From: a virus
Strand: one strand, 5' to 3'
Length of the DNA stretch: 64,000 bases
Virus record (IMG/VR): IMGVR_UViG_3300031772_002739
Location: 1 to 64,000 of that record
Below are positions 59,715 through 64,000 of the stretch, piece after piece. Made by a program: the position numbers and the translations under genes. Below the pieces are notes generated by a model, which saw only the letters and a list, made by a program, of their open reading frames with translations, was not told the DNA's origin and did no database searches. How positions within the stretch are numbered: position 1 is the first letter of the stretch; each line of letters begins with the position of its first letter.

Positions 59715-60686
59715 TTATAGATAACCTTTCTCTTTCAAATACATATCAACCCGATCCAGGAAAGGTTGAGGTTTTCCTTTTCCTTGTGTATGTCCTATGA
59801 AGTGAGAAATTTTAGATGAAAGACACAAACCCCAACCGCCCATTCCATCTTGTTCGTTTATTTTTCCAAATACTGGGTGTGGCCCCCACGACCAATTTGG
59901 AACTACATAGTATTCTTTTTCATTCAAAATGTGAGGGTGTTTTCTAGATCTAGCTACATTCATTAAACTACAAAACGATTGTTGTTGAGTTTCCAATGCC
60001 GTTCTTTGTTCCCCCCATATTTCATTTCCATCCGACCCGATAATACCAGAATAATCAAATAATGATAATAATGAAACGAATCTGTCTGTAGACAACCAAT
60101 CATCATATATTACCAAATCTATACCTTCAAATCCAGAATTAAACCCTAACAGATTTGGATTTCTATATTTGTAAATATTAACAAATTTTTCTCCATACGA
60201 AGACGATAATCGTTGAAAACATACTTTATCACAATTTTGATTGAATGGTTCATATATTAAAATAGGAACCTCATCTATTAACAATTGTAAAACGTCTTTA
60301 AAGTCGGTGTTAATTAGAATATCGTCGTCATAAATCAAATAATAACTTTTTAACAAAACTCGTCTCAAATAATGAGGAAGTAAAATGTGATAAATATTAT
60401 AGAAATTATCAAATCGTTTAATATCCTTATCACTAACTCCATATGCTATTCTGCAATAATCATTAAGATAACTTCTAGTATACGGAGTAATATCAAATCC
60501 GTAGTTATCTATTAGATCAGACCATTTACTTTTTTCTTCTTTTCCCTCGTTATCCCATAAGATATGAAATTCTGGTTCACAATCCATTTCCGATTCTAAC
60601 ATTTTGGTATGAATCTGATGTAAGGCAAAAAACGCCTGTTTGGTTTTATCCCTCATCAAGTTTGCGACCACAACTTTGTTTTTCAT
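59715..60686 (-). CDS. Putative GT-A fold glycosyltransferase
   Basis: YYLIYDDDILIN (DxD), GFNSG, TQQQ, ISHFIGH..K; sugar operon context. Confidence 0.55.
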   Translation of the reverse strand: MKNKVVVANLMRDKTKQAFFALHQIHTKMLESEMDCEPEFHILWDNEGKEEKSKWSDLIDNYGFDITPYTRSYLNDYCRIAYGVSDKDIKRFDNFYNIYHILLPHYLRRVLLKSYYLIYDDDILINTDFKDVLQLLIDEVPILIYEPFNQNCDKVCFQRLSSSYGEKFVNIYKYRNPNLLGFNSGFEGIDLVIYDDWLSTDRFVSLLSLFDYSGIIGSDGNEIWGEQRTALETQQQSFCSLMNVARSRKHPHILNEKEYYVVPNWSWGPHPVFGKINEQDGMGGWGLCLSSKISHFIGHTQGKGKPQPFLDRVDMYLKEKGYL

Positions 60687-61237
60687 TTTATTACCTTCCA
60701 GTTTGGATCGTTATAAGCGTCTCCCCATTCTACGATGATTGTAGATTTTCCGTCTTCTCTTTCATACGCCCGGCGATATGAGTTAAAAATTTGTTCAGGT
60801 GTATCTAACCTAACAACAATAATGTTTCTACACATTAGTTCAAATACATCTGTAAAATCTCCTGTATGTTGATGGAGTGGAAAAAGTGGTTTTTCAGCTC
60901 CTATCGACGTTCTTATAATTATTTTTGTTTTATAGGGTTCAGCACCCATCAGATGTAATTTATCAATATGATTTACTATATGATTTGTTGCCAATAACAG
61001 AAAGTTCCATCGTGGATATATACTTATAGGAACCGTACCGCCCAAAGCCAGACCAATGCTCATGCCCATTTGTAAATCTTCCGCAACAGGCATTTCCAAT
61101 TTCTTTTCAATAGGAACATCTTTCAATGTATTTGTCATAGCAGTTCCTTTATACTCAACTGCTTGACCTAAAAATAATGTATCCGGCTTTTCTCCCAACC
61201 ACGTCATTGTCCTTGTTAGTTCTTCGGCATATTTCAT
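60683..61237 (-). CDS. Pyruvate dehydrogenase E1-beta-like TPP enzyme subunit (no C-terminal domain)
   Basis: LGQAV, EMPVAE..MGMSIGLALGG..P, F.LLA.N.IVN, IIIRT, QHT, IIVE. Confidence 0.82.
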   Translation of the reverse strand: MKYAEELTRTMTWLGEKPDTLFLGQAVEYKGTAMTNTLKDVPIEKKLEMPVAEDLQMGMSIGLALGGTVPISIYPRWNFLLLATNHIVNHIDKLHLMGAEPYKTKIIIRTSIGAEKPLFPLHQHTGDFTDVFELMCRNIIVVRLDTPEQIFNSYRRAYEREDGKSTIIVEWGDAYNDPNWKVIK

Positions 61238-61239
61238 AA

Positions 61240-61878
61240 TTAAAATTGTATTCGTTTTCCCGTCCCGGCATGAGAATATTTATCTAAATTATACCAATAA
61301 TACCACAAATTTGACGACACTTTTATTATTTTATCGTTAATTTTTTCTGGTTCGTATGATAATTTGTTTGTGTTCCATGCCGCGTATGTATCAGTACAAA
61401 CACTCTTTCCATTATTTTCAATTACATATGTAATAGGTAAACCGAAATTAGTAGCATATTTATAATTTTCATGAAAACACCCACTTTCAGAAGTCATGTC
61501 CCCGATAAAACACCAAACGTGGTTAGACATTTTTTTTCTCTTAATATCTAATGCTGTTCCGTTAGAAATAGGAATAATACCCCCAACAATAGAAGAAGAA
61601 AATATTTTATATTGAGGATAACAGAGTGCCATAGATCTTCCATCAATAATATCTTTTTTAAGAACATCCCAGGGAACACCCTTTAATAATACGTGATAGT
61701 GTGATCTCCACGAACAAAATATATAATCATCGTCATTTATATGAGAAAAAATTTCTATTAATTGGTTTTCATTATTACATGATAAATGGATAACGGAACG
61801 AATCGTTTTATTTTCGAAACAATAGGCAATTTCATCCTCAAATTTAATTAAGTCTTCTTTTGTATATTTTCGTATCAT
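61240..61878 (-). CDS. Pyruvate dehydrogenase E1-alpha-like TPP enzyme subunit (short)
   Basis: IHLS..NE, WRSHYH.LLKG, GRSM, SIVGG, FIGD...E.G.FHE, YVIENNG.SV.T. Confidence 0.85.
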   Translation of the reverse strand: MIRKYTKEDLIKFEDEIAYCFENKTIRSVIHLSCNNENQLIEIFSHINDDDYIFCSWRSHYHVLLKGVPWDVLKKDIIDGRSMALCYPQYKIFSSSIVGGIIPISNGTALDIKRKKMSNHVWCFIGDMTSESGCFHENYKYATNFGLPITYVIENNGKSVCTDTYAAWNTNKLSYEPEKINDKIIKVSSNLWYYWYNLDKYSHAGTGKRIQF

Positions 61879-61887
61879 ATAATAGTG

Positions 61888-63258
61888 TTAAAGTTCATAT
61901 ACATATGTGTTTGGTTTTTCATAATCGTCTAAATTCTTTTTTGGGTTTATTTCATATGCTAATTTTTGTAATTTTCTAAGTTCATCTATGGACAATTTAT
62001 CACTATCCATCACTCCTGGATGTTGTTTTCCATAATCATCCCAGTTGTTCGTCAGAATTTTAAGTCCGTATTCGTGATTTTCTGCTTGTTTCCTTAATAA
62101 TGTTCCAGGATAAGGACAAGCAATAGGAAATGATGTCGAATATATATCCAAACTTTTTGCATAATAGATATTTCTCATTGCAGAATCGTATGTTTCTCCT
62201 GGTAATCCTAAAATGAAACATCCTACAGAAATTATGTCTGCATCTTTTGCCCACTTAACTGCTTGTTTGGCCTCTTCTGCAACAACTCGTTTTCCCATTA
62301 TTTTTAACATTTCGTCATCGCCATGTTCAAATCCGAAGAAAATATAATAACACCCAGATTTTCTCATAAGTTTAAATAATTCTGGAGTTACAGTATCAAC
62401 TCTTGTTGAACATGACCATTTTAGTTTCTTGTTTATACCTTTATCTATCATGGTTGTAAACAATTTTTCGTTCCATGTAGGATTGACCGTGAATGTTTCA
62501 TCTAATACAGTCAATGCTTCGCATCCAAAATCCACTATATTTCTTTCCATTTCAGCTATAACAGATTCTACCGATCTTGAAATTCTCCTTTTACCGAACA
62601 TTCTTGAACAAAAATTGCAGGTAAAAGGACACCCTCTGCTCGTCACGATAGGTAATTCCAACTTTGTTCTGTGTGGATCTGAACCAGGATATTTTGATAA
62701 ATCAAATTCTTCCCAAGCTGGAAATGGTATTGAATCCAAATCGAGAAGTTTGTTATTGACGGTTTTACTTAACTTTCTGGTTATAATTCCTGGTATTACA
62801 CTTAAATCGTTTAAGTTATTTAAAATTTTTGGGAACAAGTTTTCAGATTCTCCACATACAACAAAATCGAATGTGGAAAATTCAGAAAGAGTTTCAAATG
62901 GTATAGCGGTAGTATGCGGCCCGCCGACACCTATCACAATATCTGGAAAATTTTCTTTTATTTTTTCTGCTACATACGCGGCAGATTTTATTTGAACTGT
63001 GAAAGCTGTAAAACCAACAACGGTTGGATGTGTATCCTTGATAATTTTTAATATGCCATCAACATCTATTTCGTAAGCGGCCATGTCAACATATTTAGTG
63101 TTGATGTTTTCTTTTTTTGATATAGCTAACAAATATCCCATGCCCATATGTGGTGGTTGTTGTCGTTGAATTTTTTCATCGACTTTCATTTTGTCTTTAC
63201 GAAGTCGTTCTGAATTTAAGTTTGCACAAGGATTAATTAATAAAAAATCTAGTTTCAT
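61888..63258 (-). CDS. Cobalamin-binding radical SAM enzyme (class B methyltransferase-like)
   Basis: PHMGMGYL, VGGPH.T, GESE, TSRGCPFTCNFC, FILGLPGET, PYPGT. Confidence 0.9.
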   Translation of the reverse strand: MKLDFLLINPCANLNSERLRKDKMKVDEKIQRQQPPHMGMGYLLAISKKENINTKYVDMAAYEIDVDGILKIIKDTHPTVVGFTAFTVQIKSAAYVAEKIKENFPDIVIGVGGPHTTAIPFETLSEFSTFDFVVCGESENLFPKILNNLNDLSVIPGIITRKLSKTVNNKLLDLDSIPFPAWEEFDLSKYPGSDPHRTKLELPIVTSRGCPFTCNFCSRMFGKRRISRSVESVIAEMERNIVDFGCEALTVLDETFTVNPTWNEKLFTTMIDKGINKKLKWSCSTRVDTVTPELFKLMRKSGCYYIFFGFEHGDDEMLKIMGKRVVAEEAKQAVKWAKDADIISVGCFILGLPGETYDSAMRNIYYAKSLDIYSTSFPIACPYPGTLLRKQAENHEYGLKILTNNWDDYGKQHPGVMDSDKLSIDELRKLQKLAYEINPKKNLDDYEKPNTYVYEL

Positions 63259-64000
63259 ACTATTTTTCTGTAATAATCTAATAGAAACTGAACGCTATCA
63301 GACAATTTATATTTTGGTTTCCACGATGTTTTATTTACAAATTTATCTATGTTTGGAATTTGCATGGTCACGTCCACGGGCCTTAATAACTTTGGATCTT
63401 GTTCGTGAGGAACGTCAGGCAATATAGAATAAGATAATAATTCTTTAAGAAAATCTCCAACGGTCAACACGTCGGTGCCTCCTATATTGTATTCTTCTCC
63501 ATAATTACACATATTGGCCGAAACCCAATATGCGTCGGCAGTATCTCTGACATCCATTAGTGTTCTTGTTGAATCCAAATTTCCGTATGTAATTTTATCG
63601 CGTTTTCCCTTCTCAACTTCGACTAATTGTCTGGCAAATGCACTCGAAAAAATATCCGGTCTTCTGGGGTTGATATATGTAAATGCTCTTGTAATTACAC
63701 ATTTTATTCCATACGAACAATAGTAAGATTTGACCAACTTCTCTTGAGTCAGTTTACTAATAGCATATACATTGACGGGATCTAATCTGTGGGTTTCTAC
63801 AATGGGTGTATCCTCTTTTCTTACTTGTCCGTAAACCTCCGAAGTTCCGGCATAGTGAACAATCGTCGGTAATTTCAATATTCTAATGGCTTCTAATAAG
63901 TTGATGGTGGAATCCACGTTGTTTTTCAATACGGCAATGGGATTGACGAAACACAATCTTACATTGGCGTGAGAAGCCATATGAAAAATATAATCGGGCC
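63255..64000 (-). CDS. gmd: GDP-mannose 4,6-dehydratase-like, 5'-truncated by the window
   Basis: IFHMASHANV..F..P, TSEVYG, P.NVYAISK, YGNLDSTR..MDVRD, DPKLLRPVDV. Confidence 0.8.
   Translation of the reverse strand, partial: PDYIFHMASHANVRLCFVNPIAVLKNNVDSTINLLEAIRILKLPTIVHYAGTSEVYGQVRKEDTPIVETHRLDPVNVYAISKLTQEKLVKSYYCSYGIKCVITRAFTYINPRRPDIFSSAFARQLVEVEKGKRDKITYGNLDSTRTLMDVRDTADAYWVSANMCNYGEEYNIGGTDVLTVGDFLKELLSYSILPDVPHEQDPKLLRPVDVTMQIPNIDKFVNKTSWKPKYKLSDSVQFLLDYYRKIV

Noticed and set aside
55910-61878. Auxiliary central-metabolism genes (true PDH and transketolase)
   Set aside because: Subunits are truncated, there is no E2/E3, and they are embedded among NDP-sugar enzymes
62429-62995. 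188-aa plus-strand ORF and other antisense ORFs in the track (e.g. 30731-31237, 31616-32029, 41463-41900, 45024-45359)
   Set aside because: Shadows of well-supported genes on the opposite strand or in another frame, with no motifs or expression signals
1-64000. tRNA, rRNA, integrase, transposase or reverse transcriptase genes
   Set aside because: No cloverleaf or T-loop signatures seen in the short intergenic gaps and no such protein motifs recognised; a covariance-model scan would be needed to exclude small RNAs

Overview
A 64-kb segment of a large, AT-rich, contractile-tailed (T4-like/jumbo myovirus-type) bacteriophage genome using the standard genetic code. From left to right it contains: (1) a tail module with Ser/Thr-rich fibre-like proteins, sheath, tube, hub/chaperone, tape measure and baseplate genes, interrupted by two paralogous endonuclease-Mom-like genes, a 10-bp tandem repeat and an array of accessory genes; (2) a replication module (family A polymerase, gp32-like SSB, RecA/UvsX, 5'-3' exonuclease, DnaB/gp41 helicase, class II RNR, clamp-loader small subunit, dNMP kinase); (3) accessory genes (MoxR-like AAA + VWA pair, Mom/DUF4338-like GNAT proteins, amidoligase); (4) a minus-strand nucleotide-sugar/glycosylation operon. 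Four observations stand out. First, five tandem genes share a MIKLKxIxxE leader and a DNA junction repeat, and four of them are divergent paralogs with ADP-ribosyltransferase motifs (candidate capsid-packaged effector cassette). Second, an AAA ATPase gene is cut in two by a GIY-YIG endonuclease with no intron or intein, each half carrying a short added peptide that may zip the halves back together. Third, the 5'-3' exonuclease is broken inside its first catalytic motif by 4 nt (TGAC). Fourth, five Mom/DUF4338-type GNAT domains occur in the window. No tRNA, rRNA or CRISPR array was recognised. All family calls come from motif recognition by eye, not from database searches.
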